60,457 nt of DNA. Origin: Oscillospiraceae bacterium. GTDB lineage: Bacteria; Bacillota; Clostridia; Oscillospirales; Ruminococcaceae. Shown here piece by piece: positions 1 through 8,900 of the stretch. The position numbers were made by a program, and so were the translations under genes. A model generated the notes under the pieces. That model had not been told where the DNA came from and searched no databases. It saw nothing but the letters and a program-made list of their open reading frames with translations. The stretch lies in NCBI GenBank assembly GCA_017548825.1, contig JAFYZG010000165.1, forward strand, positions 1-60,457, in the 5' to 3' direction. Every line of letters begins with the position of its first letter. Position 1 is the stretch's first letter.

Positions 1-1296
1 GTGCAGTATATCGACACCGCCATGGTGGGCAGTCTCGGAACAAAAGCTACCGCGGCGGTTGGTTCGACTTCAACTGTCAGCTGGCTGGTCTACAGCACCG
101 TCTATGCTCTCGGAGTCGGATTCCTTGCCTATATCTCTCAGGCGAGAGGCCGGGGAGACTATGACAGGGCGAAAAAAGCTGTGATGCAGGCCGTGATAAC
201 GTCTGCCGTGATGGGGACTATATTCACGGTCGCAATACTGAGCGTCAGCGGGCTCGTACCCGTCTGGATGAACGTGGACGAGGACATAAGAGAACTTGCT
301 TCAAGGTATTTCTTTGTCCTGTATCTTCCCATGCTTCCCAGAACGGCAAACATGATCCTGGGAACGGTCCTCAGGGCGTCCGGCGACACGAAGACTCCCA
401 TGAGGGTCGGGCTGGCCATGAATGCGATCAACCTGATTCTCAACATGATCCTGATCAAACCCACCAGAGTCATCAGTATCCTGGGCAGAGAGATCACTGT
501 TTTCGGAGCCGGAATGGGCGTTATCGGAGCGGCTGCAGCGAGTGCCGTGTCGTTCCTTTACGGAGGCATAGCGATAACAGTCAGCATCTTCCGGCATGAA
601 GAGATATCCCCGAAGGGCCTTCCTGTCCGCATAGACTGGGAGATAATGGGGCCCTGCCTTAAGACCGCTATCCCCAACATGTTCCAGAGATTCGGATCAT
701 CTCTCGGATATGTTGTTTTTGCCTCGATGATCAACTCGCTGGGAGAGATTTCCACAGCGGCGCATACCATAGCGAACACGGTGGAATCCGCATTCTACAT
801 TCCCGGTTTCGGAATGATGGCGGCTGCGGCGACCCTTACGGGAAACGCCATTGGAGCCGGAGACAAGGAAAGGCTCCACAAGGTATCAAGGATGACGATA
901 CTCTGTGAAGTCCTGATGATGGTGTTTACCGGAAGTCTTCTGTTTATCTTCGCTCCTAAGATGGTCGCTATATTCAGCAGGGATATGGCTGTCATAACGC
1001 TATGCACCACTGTCCTGCGCATGGTGGCGTGTTCAGAGCCGTTCTTCGGCGTTTCCAATGTTCTGGAAGGCATGCTGCAGGGGGCCGGAGACACCCGCTT
1101 CTCCTTTGCCGTCAACATAATAGCGATATGGACCGTACGCATCCTTGGAACATTTATCTGCACTAGGATCCTGGGACTCGGACTGGAGTCGGCCTGGGGC
1201 TGCATGATAGCGCACAATATGACGACATTCATCTGCTACACGATTTATTACCGGTCAGGGAAGTGGGCGCATCCCATTTCGGAGGAAGCTTCCTGA
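1..1296 (+). CDS. MATE family efflux transporter (5' end probably truncated by window edge)
   Basis: The ORF is open from base 1. It is polytopic and hydrophobic with MATE/NorM-like segments (PMLPRTANMILGTVLRASGDTKTPM, repeated in the second half as MLQGAGDTRFSF). Confidence 0.85.
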   Translation: MQYIDTAMVGSLGTKATAAVGSTSTVSWLVYSTVYALGVGFLAYISQARGRGDYDRAKKAVMQAVITSAVMGTIFTVAILSVSGLVPVWMNVDEDIRELASRYFFVLYLPMLPRTANMILGTVLRASGDTKTPMRVGLAMNAINLILNMILIKPTRVISILGREITVFGAGMGVIGAAAASAVSFLYGGIAITVSIFRHEEISPKGLPVRIDWEIMGPCLKTAIPNMFQRFGSSLGYVVFASMINSLGEISTAAHTIANTVESAFYIPGFGMMAAAATLTGNAIGAGDKERLHKVSRMTILCEVLMMVFTGSLLFIFAPKMVAIFSRDMAVITLCTTVLRMVACSEPFFGVSNVLEGMLQGAGDTRFSFAVNIIAIWTVRILGTFICTRILGLGLESAWGCMIAHNMTTFICYTIYYRSGKWAHPISEEAS

Positions 1297-1309
1297 AAGA
1301 GGAGAGACA

Positions 1310-2311
1310 ATGAGCAGAGTACTTATAATCCACACCGGAGGGACCATAGGAATGACCCGTACGGAGAGGGGATATGAACCGGACGGAGATTACTTCCGTT
1401 CCGCCATGTTTCACATGGATTCCCTCAGGGCTCCGGATATCCCTCAATGGGATCTTACGGAAACCGAGCCCCTCCTGGATTCCAGCAGGATGACCGTGAA
1501 GGAATGGAACAAGATAGGCAGGCAGATAGCCGACAATTACGGGGCGTACGACGGTTTCGTGGTGCTGCACGGCACCGATACGATGGCTTATACGGCATCC
1601 GCTATGTCTTTCATGTTCAGGGGACTGAACAAACCTGTCATCCTCACCGGATCGCAGATACCCCTGTGCGAGACACGTAGTGATGGAAGGGACAATCTGA
1701 TCACGTCCCTTGTGATAGCTGGTTCCGGGAAAGTCCATGAAGTATGTGTCTATTTCGGAGGACTTCTGCTCAGAGGGAACAGGACGACGAAATATTCTGC
1801 AGACGGAATGCAGGCGTTCGTGTCACCGAACTACCCGGTGCTTGCCACCGCAGGCATCGAGATACAGTACAATGAGGCCGCACTGGCGAAAAAGACGGAA
1901 GAAGAATTCAGTTTCACCCCTTTGGATGAAGTCGCCATAGGCGTGCTCAAAGTCTTTCCGGGCATCAATTTTTCCCTGTTCCGGCCGATGCTGTCCGGGA
2001 TCCTCAGAGGAGTGGTCCTTGAGACCTTCGGCTCCGGAAACACTCCCGACGACAGCGGGACGCTGGAATCTGTGGCAGAAGAAGGCAGGGAGACGGTCCT
2101 CGTAGTGTGCTCACAGTGCACACAGGGTACAGTGAACATGAGCGCTTATGAGGCAGGAGGCGCGCTCAGAAGGATCGGAGCCGTAAGCGGGAAAGATATG
2201 ACTACGGAAGCGGCAGTTGCGAAACTATATTATCTGTTCAGTACATGCGCCGAGACAGAACTGATCAAGAAGCAGATCGAAAAAGATCTTGCCGGAGAAC
2301 TCACGGAGTAA
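1310..2311 (+). CDS. ansA: L-asparaginase, type I (cytoplasmic)
   Basis: N-terminal IIHTGGTIGM threonine motif and HGTDTMAYTA second motif. GAGGAG-type RBS lies upstream of the ATG. Confidence 0.9.
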   Translation: MSRVLIIHTGGTIGMTRTERGYEPDGDYFRSAMFHMDSLRAPDIPQWDLTETEPLLDSSRMTVKEWNKIGRQIADNYGAYDGFVVLHGTDTMAYTASAMSFMFRGLNKPVILTGSQIPLCETRSDGRDNLITSLVIAGSGKVHEVCVYFGGLLLRGNRTTKYSADGMQAFVSPNYPVLATAGIEIQYNEAALAKKTEEEFSFTPLDEVAIGVLKVFPGINFSLFRPMLSGILRGVVLETFGSGNTPDDSGTLESVAEEGRETVLVVCSQCTQGTVNMSAYEAGGALRRIGAVSGKDMTTEAAVAKLYYLFSTCAETELIKKQIEKDLAGELTE

Positions 2312-2335
2312 AAGATACTGAAATATACAGCGAAA

Positions 2336-2366
2336 CCCCCGGATCCGCAAGGGATCCGGGGGTTTT
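2336..2366. terminator. Bidirectional intrinsic terminator (ansA on +, tRNA pair on -)
   Basis: CCCCCGGATCC-GCAAG-GGATCCGGGGG stem followed by TTTT on +. On the minus strand the same stem is followed by TTTCGCTGTATATTT. Confidence 0.75.
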
Positions 2367-2440
2367 GGTGACCCGGACGAGAATCGAACTCGTATTACCG
2401 CCGTGAAAGGGCGGTGTCTTAACCGTTTGACCACCGGGCC
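2366..2440 (-). tRNA. tRNA-Glu (anticodon TTC), CCA encoded
   Basis: The reverse complement reads GGCCCGGTGGTCAAACGGTTAAGACACCGCCCTTTCACGGCGGTAATACGAGTTCGATTCTCGTCCGGGTCACCA. It folds as a cloverleaf with anticodon loop CTTTCAC. Confidence 0.95.
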
Positions 2441-2517
2441 TGGTAGCGGATGTAGGATTCGAACCAACGACACCCCGGGTATGAACCGAGTGCTCTAGCC
2501 AACTGAGCTAATCCGCC
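2441..2517 (-). tRNA. tRNA-Met (anticodon CAT), elongator-like; tRNA-Ile2 (lysidine) not excluded; CCA encoded
   Basis: The reverse complement reads GGCGGATTAGCTCAGTTGGCTAGAGCACTCGGTTCATACCCGGGGTGTCGTTGGTTCGAATCCTACATCCGCTACCA. The anticodon stem lacks the GGG:CCC signature of initiator tRNA. Confidence 0.85.
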
Positions 2518-2544
2518 ATATCTGTCAAAATTGACGCATTGATA

Positions 2545-2573
2545 ATTTTATAGTAAGAAAAGTGAATTGTCAA
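2545..2573 (-). promoter_or_regulatory. Sigma-A-type promoter for the tRNA-Met/tRNA-Glu pair
   Basis: On the minus strand: TTGACA (2573-2568), 17-nt spacer, TAAAAT (2550-2545), about 28 nt upstream of the tRNA-Met 5' end. Confidence 0.6.
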
Positions 2574-2614
2574 CGATAATATCGACACAATTCGGACGTG
2601 CCCCGACGGGGCGG

Positions 2615-2654
2615 AAAAAGGCAGGGGAAAGGGATCTCCGGGAAAGGAGATCCC
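2615..2654 (-). terminator. Putative intrinsic terminator after serS
   Basis: GGGATCTCC-loop-GGAGATCCC stem (2631-2654), followed on the minus strand by TTTCCCCTGCCTTTTT. Confidence 0.5.
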
Positions 2655-2704
2655 TCATATAGCAATACTATTAGTATAATAACGTTGCCGATATACGCAG
2701 AGGA

Positions 2705-3982
2705 TCAGCCGATATATTCCTGACCGCCCATATAAGGACGGAGCGCCTCGGGAATACGGATCCTTCCGTCTTCCTGCAGGTTGTTCTCAAGGAACGCTAT
2801 GAGCATTCTGGGAGGAGCAACGCAGGTGTTATTGAGGGTGTGCGGGAAGTATGTCCCGTTCTCTCCTCTTACCCTGATCTGCAGACGTCTTGCCTGGGCA
2901 TCACCGAGGTTGGAGCAGCTGCCAACCTCGAAGTACTTCTGCTGCCTCGGGCTCCATGCTTCCACGTCACAGCTCTTTACCTTGAGGTCGGCGAGGTCGC
3001 CGCTGCAGCATTCAAGAGTTCTAACAGGAATGTCCAGGGTGCGGAAGAAGTCGACAGTGTTCTGCCAGAGCCTGTCATACCACATCATGCTGTCCTCCGG
3101 CTCGCAGACGACTACCATCTCCTGCTTCTCGAACTGGTGGATCCTGTATACTCCGCGCTCCTCTATGCCGTGAGCGCCGACTTCCTTGCGGAAGCAGGGA
3201 CTGAAGCTGGTCAGGGTCTGAGGCAGCTCGTTCTTCTCAAGGATCTGGTCGATGAACTTGCCGATCATGGAGTGTTCGCTCGTTCCTATGAGGTAAAGAT
3301 CTTCGCCTTCGATCTTATACATCATGTTCTCCATCTCCGCGAAACTCATGACGCCGTTTACCACATTCCCGCGGATCATATACGGAGGGATGTAATAGGT
3401 AAAGCCGCGGCCGATCATGAAATCTCTTGCGTAGCTGAGTATGGAGGAATGAAGCCTGGCTATATCGCCTTTAAGGTAATAGAAGCCGTTTCCGCTGGTC
3501 CTTCTGGCAGAATCGAGGTCGATGCCATCCAGTCTTTCCATGATATCCACATGATATGGGATCTCGAAATCGGGGACGGCAGGTTCACCGAATCTCTCGA
3601 TCTCGACGTTCTCGCTGTCGTCTTTGCCTATGGGCACGCTGGCATCAATGATCTGGGGGATCACCATCATGCGTTTGCGGATCTCTTCTTCCAGGGTCCC
3701 TTCGCTTTCCTCAAGCGTTTCAAGCTCTTTGGCGATGGCAGCGACCTGCTTTTTGACTTCCTCAGCCTCATCGCGTTTTCCCTGGCCCATGAGGGCGCCG
3801 ATCTGCTTGCTGATCTGATTGCGCTGGCTTCTCAGTTCATCGCAGCGGGAACGCGCATTTCTGAACTGCCTGTCGAGGTCTATCACCTCATCCACCAGGA
3901 CCAGTTTTTCGTCCTGGAATTTCTTTCTGATGTTCTCCTTAACGAGTTCGGGATCTGTCCTTATCAGTCTGATGTCGATCAT
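2705..3982 (-). CDS. serS: Seryl-tRNA synthetase
   Basis: MIDIRLIRTDPELVKENIRKK N-terminal coiled-coil arm plus a class II core (GTSEHSM, FSPCFRKEVGAHG, NNTCVAPPRMLIAFLEN). Confidence 0.95.
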   Translation of the reverse strand: MIDIRLIRTDPELVKENIRKKFQDEKLVLVDEVIDLDRQFRNARSRCDELRSQRNQISKQIGALMGQGKRDEAEEVKKQVAAIAKELETLEESEGTLEEEIRKRMMVIPQIIDASVPIGKDDSENVEIERFGEPAVPDFEIPYHVDIMERLDGIDLDSARRTSGNGFYYLKGDIARLHSSILSYARDFMIGRGFTYYIPPYMIRGNVVNGVMSFAEMENMMYKIEGEDLYLIGTSEHSMIGKFIDQILEKNELPQTLTSFSPCFRKEVGAHGIEERGVYRIHQFEKQEMVVVCEPEDSMMWYDRLWQNTVDFFRTLDIPVRTLECCSGDLADLKVKSCDVEAWSPRQQKYFEVGSCSNLGDAQARRLQIRVRGENGTYFPHTLNNTCVAPPRMLIAFLENNLQEDGRIRIPEALRPYMGGQEYIG

Positions 3983-4830
3983 TGTTTATCATTTCCTCCG
4001 AGTTTATTGGCAAAATCGAAAAGTTGTTCTTTTGAGTAAAAATCCAGGGAAAGGGTCCCTTTTCCGTCCGAGTATTTGACTTTCACGTTGACTCCCAGAG
4101 CATCCTTTAGGGCAAGCTCGACTTCGCTGGCTACCGGATCGGAAGGAGTTCTTTTTACCGGCTGGCGTGGAGAACTGATCCTTGAAAGTCTTTCCGCCTC
4201 CCTTACAGAGAGGTCTTTTTCTGCGACGAGCTCTGCTACGCGCTGTTTTACCGCGTCGTCGGGGATCGCAAGGATGGCTCTGGCGTGCCCTGCGGTGATC
4301 TTCCCGTCCCGAAGCAGAGAGAGAACGCTGTCAGGAAGGGTGAGGAGCCTCATCGCGTTGGCAACTGCCGGTCTGGACTTGCCGACTCTGGAAGAGATCT
4401 GTTCCTGGGTCCAGCCCTGAGTATCAGCCAACTGCTTATAGCCCTCCGCTTCTTCCACGGGATTGAGATCCTCACGCTGGAGGTTCTCGACTAGAGCGAC
4501 GCTGTACGCGTCCGAATCGGACATCTCGCGGATGATAACGGGGATACGGTCGAGGCCGGCCAGTCTGGATGCTCTCCAGCGTCTCTCGCCTGCTACGATC
4601 TTGTAGGCGCCTCCGGCATCCGGACGCACCAGGATCGGCTGCAGAACGCCGTGTTCTCTGATGGAATCGGCCAGTTCGGCGAGAGATTCGTCTGAAAAGC
4701 TCTTTCGGGGCTGCGATCTGTCGGGACTTATATCCGAGACCGGAAGAAAGGAAGTGCTTTCGGAAGAGACGGAATTGTCTATGAATATCGCGTCCAGGCC
4801 CTTGCCCAGGCCGCCCTGTCTTTTCGCCAT
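3979..4830 (-). CDS. parB: ParB/Spo0J chromosome partitioning protein
   Basis: MAKRQGGLGKGLDAIF N-terminus, ParB box (GERRWRAS) and an HTH region. I prefer the ATG at 4830 (AGGAGG RBS, 1 nt after the parA stop) over the longer ORF starting at 4911. Confidence 0.93.
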   Translation of the reverse strand: MAKRQGGLGKGLDAIFIDNSVSSESTSFLPVSDISPDRSQPRKSFSDESLAELADSIREHGVLQPILVRPDAGGAYKIVAGERRWRASRLAGLDRIPVIIREMSDSDAYSVALVENLQREDLNPVEEAEGYKQLADTQGWTQEQISSRVGKSRPAVANAMRLLTLPDSVLSLLRDGKITAGHARAILAIPDDAVKQRVAELVAEKDLSVREAERLSRISSPRQPVKRTPSDPVASEVELALKDALGVNVKVKYSDGKGTLSLDFYSKEQLFDFANKLGGNDKQ

Positions 4831-4831
4831 G

Positions 4832-5605
4832 TCAGACCTCCTTTGAGTTGTTTCTGATGATCTCAGAAGCCAGATTGTCGTAAGCGACCGCTCCTTTTGA
4901 GTGAGCATCATAGTATTTTATAGGCTTTCCGTAACTGGGAGCCTCTGAAAGACGGACATTTCGCGGAACGACGGAGGAAAAGACCTTCCCGGGGAAGAAC
5001 CGCTTGACTTCATCGACCACCTGCAGAGTGAGATTGAGCCTGGAATCGTACATGGTGACCAGAACACCTTCGATCTCGATAAAGGGATTGTACAGGCGCT
5101 TTACCGATCGGACGCTGCTCATAAGCTGAGACAGGCCCTCAAGAGCGTAGTATTCGCACTGTATCGGGATCAGGATGCTGTCACAGGCGTTCAGGCCGTT
5201 CAGAGTCAGCAGTCCGAGAGAAGGGGGACAGTCGATAAGAATGAAATCGTAGTCCTTTTTGTGCTGCAAAACAGCGTCTTTAAGGCGGAATTCCCTTCTT
5301 TCGGCATCCACGAGCTCCAGTTCCGCGCCGGCAAGATCCATGCTGGAAGGAATTACAGAAACTCCGGCATAGGGTGACTTGACCACACAGGATTCAAAAT
5401 CCGCATCTCCCGTGAGAAGCTGGTAGACTGACCTGACAACGCCGCGCTTGTTGATCCCCAGTCCGCTGGTGGCGTTTCCCTGAGGATCGGCATCTATCAT
5501 GAGGACACGTTTGTCCTGCGCACCTAAAGCCGCGGCAAGGTTGACCGCAGTGGTCGTTTTACCTACGCCGCCTTTCTGGTTTGCGATTGCAATTATCTTT
5601 CCCAT
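4832..5605 (-). CDS. parA: ParA/Soj chromosome partitioning ATPase
   Basis: Deviant Walker A MGKIIAIANQKGGVGKTTT, with ParA family similarity along the full length. Confidence 0.95.
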   Translation of the reverse strand: MGKIIAIANQKGGVGKTTTAVNLAAALGAQDKRVLMIDADPQGNATSGLGINKRGVVRSVYQLLTGDADFESCVVKSPYAGVSVIPSSMDLAGAELELVDAERREFRLKDAVLQHKKDYDFILIDCPPSLGLLTLNGLNACDSILIPIQCEYYALEGLSQLMSSVRSVKRLYNPFIEIEGVLVTMYDSRLNLTLQVVDEVKRFFPGKVFSSVVPRNVRLSEAPSYGKPIKYYDAHSKGAVAYDNLASEIIRNNSKEV

Positions 5606-5614
5606 CTTTTCAAA

Positions 5615-5630
5615 TGTTTCACGTGAAACA
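5615..5630. promoter_or_regulatory. parS: parS centromere-like site 1 (TGTTTCACGTGAAACA)
   Basis: Perfect 16-bp palindrome matching the Firmicutes parS consensus tGTTnCACGTGAAACa. It lies 9 nt upstream of the parA start codon. Confidence 0.85.
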
Positions 5631-5736
5631 AAATGTCCTGTATCTAGTTTGCGCTCTAATCATAACACAACACTTTTGAAAAGAAAATGCCGGGGAAACC
5701 TCAAAAAAACAGTCAGAAAAGAGTAAAAAGCCGGAT

Positions 5737-5752
5737 TGTTTCACGTGAAACA
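5737..5752. promoter_or_regulatory. parS: parS centromere-like site 2 (TGTTTCACGTGAAACA)
   Basis: Identical perfect 16-bp palindrome. Confidence 0.85.
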
Positions 5753-5776
5753 GTGCTTTTTTGCTGTAACATCATG

Positions 5777-5792
5777 TGTTTCACGTGAAACA
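5777..5792. promoter_or_regulatory. parS: parS centromere-like site 3 (TGTTTCACGTGAAACA)
   Basis: Identical perfect 16-bp palindrome, 40 bp from site 2. Confidence 0.85.
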
Positions 5793-5929
5793 CGGCCTGG
5801 CTGAGAACATCGACAAGAAGTCAAAAACAAAGACAGAGACCTAAAAAACAGGATTGTTCACATAACGCAGATCATCAGTAAGGTATAATAACCTACAGTT
5901 ATACATCGCAAAGGACCACGAGGAACATA

Positions 5930-8900
5930 ATGCTTGAATTAAGAGAGATAATAAAGGACTATCCGGCGGGAAATGATACGGTCCATGCCCTTAAAGGAAT
6001 CGATCTCGCCTTCAGAAGTAACGAATTCGTGTCTATTCTGGGCCCGTCGGGGTGCGGAAAGACAACGCTGCTCAACATAATAGGCGGGCTGGACGGGTAC
6101 ACGTCCGGAGACCTGATCATAAACGGAACGTCCACAAAGAAATACAAGGACAGGGACTGGGACACATACAGGAACCACTCCGTGGGTTTCGTGTTCCAGA
6201 ACTATAACCTGATACCGCATCAGTCCGTTCTTAAGAACGTTGAACTGGCTCTGAGCCTCTCCGGAGTCAGGGGGAAAAGCAGAAGACAGCGGGCAGAGGA
6301 GGCTCTGACCGCCGTCGGACTCGCTGATCAGTTCAATAAAAGGCCTGCGGAGATGTCGGGAGGGCAGATGCAGAGAGTCGCTATCGCCAGAGCGCTGGTA
6401 AACGACCCGGAGATCATCCTTCTGGATGAGCCTACAGGCGCGCTCGATACCGAGACGGGCATCATGGTCATGGAGATCCTGAAAAAGGTGGCGGCAGACA
6501 GACTTGTAGTCATGGTCACGCACAACCCGGAACTGGCTGAGAGGTATTCGACAAGGATAGTCAGGATGCTGGACGGGAAGATCATAAGCGACAGCAGACC
6601 TCTGGAGGAGGAAGAGAAGGAACAGGAACGAAAGCTTGAGGAGGAAAAAGCCGCGGCAGATGCCAGGAAAAAGATGCCGAGGATGAAACTCTCCACGGCA
6701 TTCGGTCTGTCTTTGAACAACCTGTTCACAAAAAGAAGAAGAACTATCCTGACTTCAATGGCAGGAAGTATCGGAATAATCGGGATAGCCCTGATCTATG
6801 CGGTATCCCAGGGGACAGAGAACTATATAGACAGCGTACAGGAGGAAGCGCTCTCGTCATATCCGCTCACGATTACAGCGGAAACAGCGGACATGGCCTC
6901 CATGATGTCGGCATTTGCGTCCATGAACAGCGCAAAGGGGGAAGAAGTCGCGGAAAACAGTATAGAAGAGGTAAACGTGACAGCCAGCGTCTTCCAGGGG
7001 ATCGGGACAAACGACCTCCGGGCCTTCAAAGAACATCTGGAGAGCACGTACTCCGAGATAGAAAACGATGTCAACACAGTTAGATATACATACCCGGTCA
7101 CTCCCAGAGTATATGCATATGACGTCAAAGGAGATCTGATCCTGGTCAACCCGAGCAATCTCATGGGGACCATAATGGGTGGATCTTATTCATCTTCTTT
7201 CGGATCAATGATGTCAGGCAGCCTTTTCAGCGAGATGATGGATGATCCGGAGCTGATTAACGAGCAGTATGAGACGGTGGCGGGAAGACTTCCGGAGAGA
7301 TATGACGAACTGCTCATGGTACTCACGGACAAGGCACACATCACCGATTTCCTTGAATACGTTGTAGGTCTCAAGGATGTGGAAGAACTGAGCAGCATGG
7401 TCAAGAGCATCATGTCGGGAGAGGCCACGGGACTGGAGTACGACGAGGAAAAAAGGATCTATTCATATGATGAGCTCCTTGGGCTTGATCTGAGGCTCGT
7501 AAATGTTCCTGACCTGTACAGATTCAACAGCGAGTACGGCGTCTGGGAGGATATGTCAGAAGACAAGGAATTCATGAAAGAGGCCTTTGAAAGCGCCGAG
7601 CGGCTGAAGATCGTCGGGATCGTCGCGCCTGCGGCAGGATCGACATCAAATGCCCTGAATCCGGGCATTTGCTATCTGCCGTCTCTGACTCTGCATGTCA
7701 TGGAGAAGTCTTCCGCATCGGAGATGGTCTCGAATCAGCTGCTGGACAGTGAAAAGGACGTCATTTCCGGCAAAACATTCGAAGAGCTGAATAAAGAGAA
7801 CGGCCCGTCGCTCGATCTGGACAACATGATCTCCGTGGACACAAAAAAGCTCTCGTCCGCCTTCAGCGTCAAGGTAGATACGAAAGCAGTCGAGAACTTT
7901 GTCAAAAACTATGTCGACGAAGTGATGAGAGATGTCAGTGTAGAGGACAGTTCCGCAGCGTACGGCGATCTTTCCACGCTGATGAAAGAACTGGCGGGAG
8001 GGCTGACCGGATATGCGGTCGCTTCCGGGGAAGCTCTTCCTGCAGATGCTTCTCTCGGAGGGGCAGGGAAGACGGTGCTTCTGAAAAGGAGCAGCTGTCA
8101 GACCCTTGTTTCCCAGTATCTGGCGTCAGAAGGGGTCCCGCAGAAGATATCGGCGCTGGCAGCAGGTTATGAGCTGCCGGATGAAGTACTGGAGCCGGTC
8201 ATCGCGCCGCTGCTCACTAACGCTCTATCGGTCTATATCAGCGATTTTCCTTCAAATCACGGGGACATCTGGGCCAGAAGAGAGGAGCTTGCAGCATCAG
8301 GGATCACGCTGGACGGTGATACCGCGTTATTGTCCGAAGCTGCAGCGGAGGAGATAAGCTATCAGGCGAGCTCCGGAGCGCTCGCGACCTCTGTAGTCGG
8401 AGAAATGGCCAAGGTCATGACTGCAGCGCAGGGAATGAAGGAAGTCAGAGCTGCGCTGAACGATATACCAAACAGGCTCACGAAGCTTATGGCCGGATCC
8501 ATGAGAGTGAACACTCAGAAAATAGCATCCGCGTTCAAGTTCAACCTGACGGAGGAGGAACTGACAAGGCTGATGTCCGCGTATTCATCCGCAGGAACGC
8601 AGAGATCATACGAGGGAAATCTGCGGGATCTCGGATACAGCAGCCCGGATGACCCGAATGCCATCATCATCTACCTCAAGGATTTCGACGGAAAAGAGGA
8701 TTTTAAACAGTATATAGACAGATACAACAAAGATGCCGAGGAAAAGGGGGAGGACGACAGAGTCATACGGTATACAGACATGACAGGGGTTCTGATGGCT
8801 TCCGTAAAGACGATACTTGACGCGATAACATACGTTCTGATAGCCTTCGTCTCCATATCCCTCATAGTTTCTTCGATAATGATAGGGGTGATAACGCTGA

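Noticed and set aside
2840-4039. 399-aa ORF on the + strand, antisense to almost the entire serS gene
   Set aside because: Its codons are exactly in phase with the serS codons (both have lower boundaries congruent to 2 mod 3). A stop in that frame would need a sense TTA, CTA or TCA codon, and these are avoided in this GC3-rich genome. The translation is Leu/Ala/Asp/His-rich with no recognisable family and no RBS. It is a statistical artefact.
4831-4911. Upstream extensions of ORFs: parB to 4911, C69 dipeptidase to 9863, MFS to 13619, SGNH-like gene to 42968, adaptor 1 to 50220, pth to 44840, gap to 15015, rimP to 18186
   Set aside because: In each case an internal ATG has a proper Shine-Dalgarno and the expected family N-terminus (for example MAKRQGGLGKGLD for ParB, MSC for C69). 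The extension also overlaps the neighbouring gene or a promoter/terminator.
5499-5726. 75-aa + strand ORF crossing the parA start and parS site 1
   Set aside because: It overlaps the parA coding sequence in antisense and runs through regulatory DNA. It has no RBS and no family.
5606-5929. Possible replication origin (AT-rich, strand-switch point, parS cluster)
   Set aside because: I find no cluster of DnaA boxes; the best is TTGTTCACA, with 2 mismatches to TTATCCACA. There is no adjacent dnaA/dnaN and no obvious AT-rich 13-mer unwinding repeats. The region is better explained as the parAB promoter plus centromere region near, but not at, oriC.
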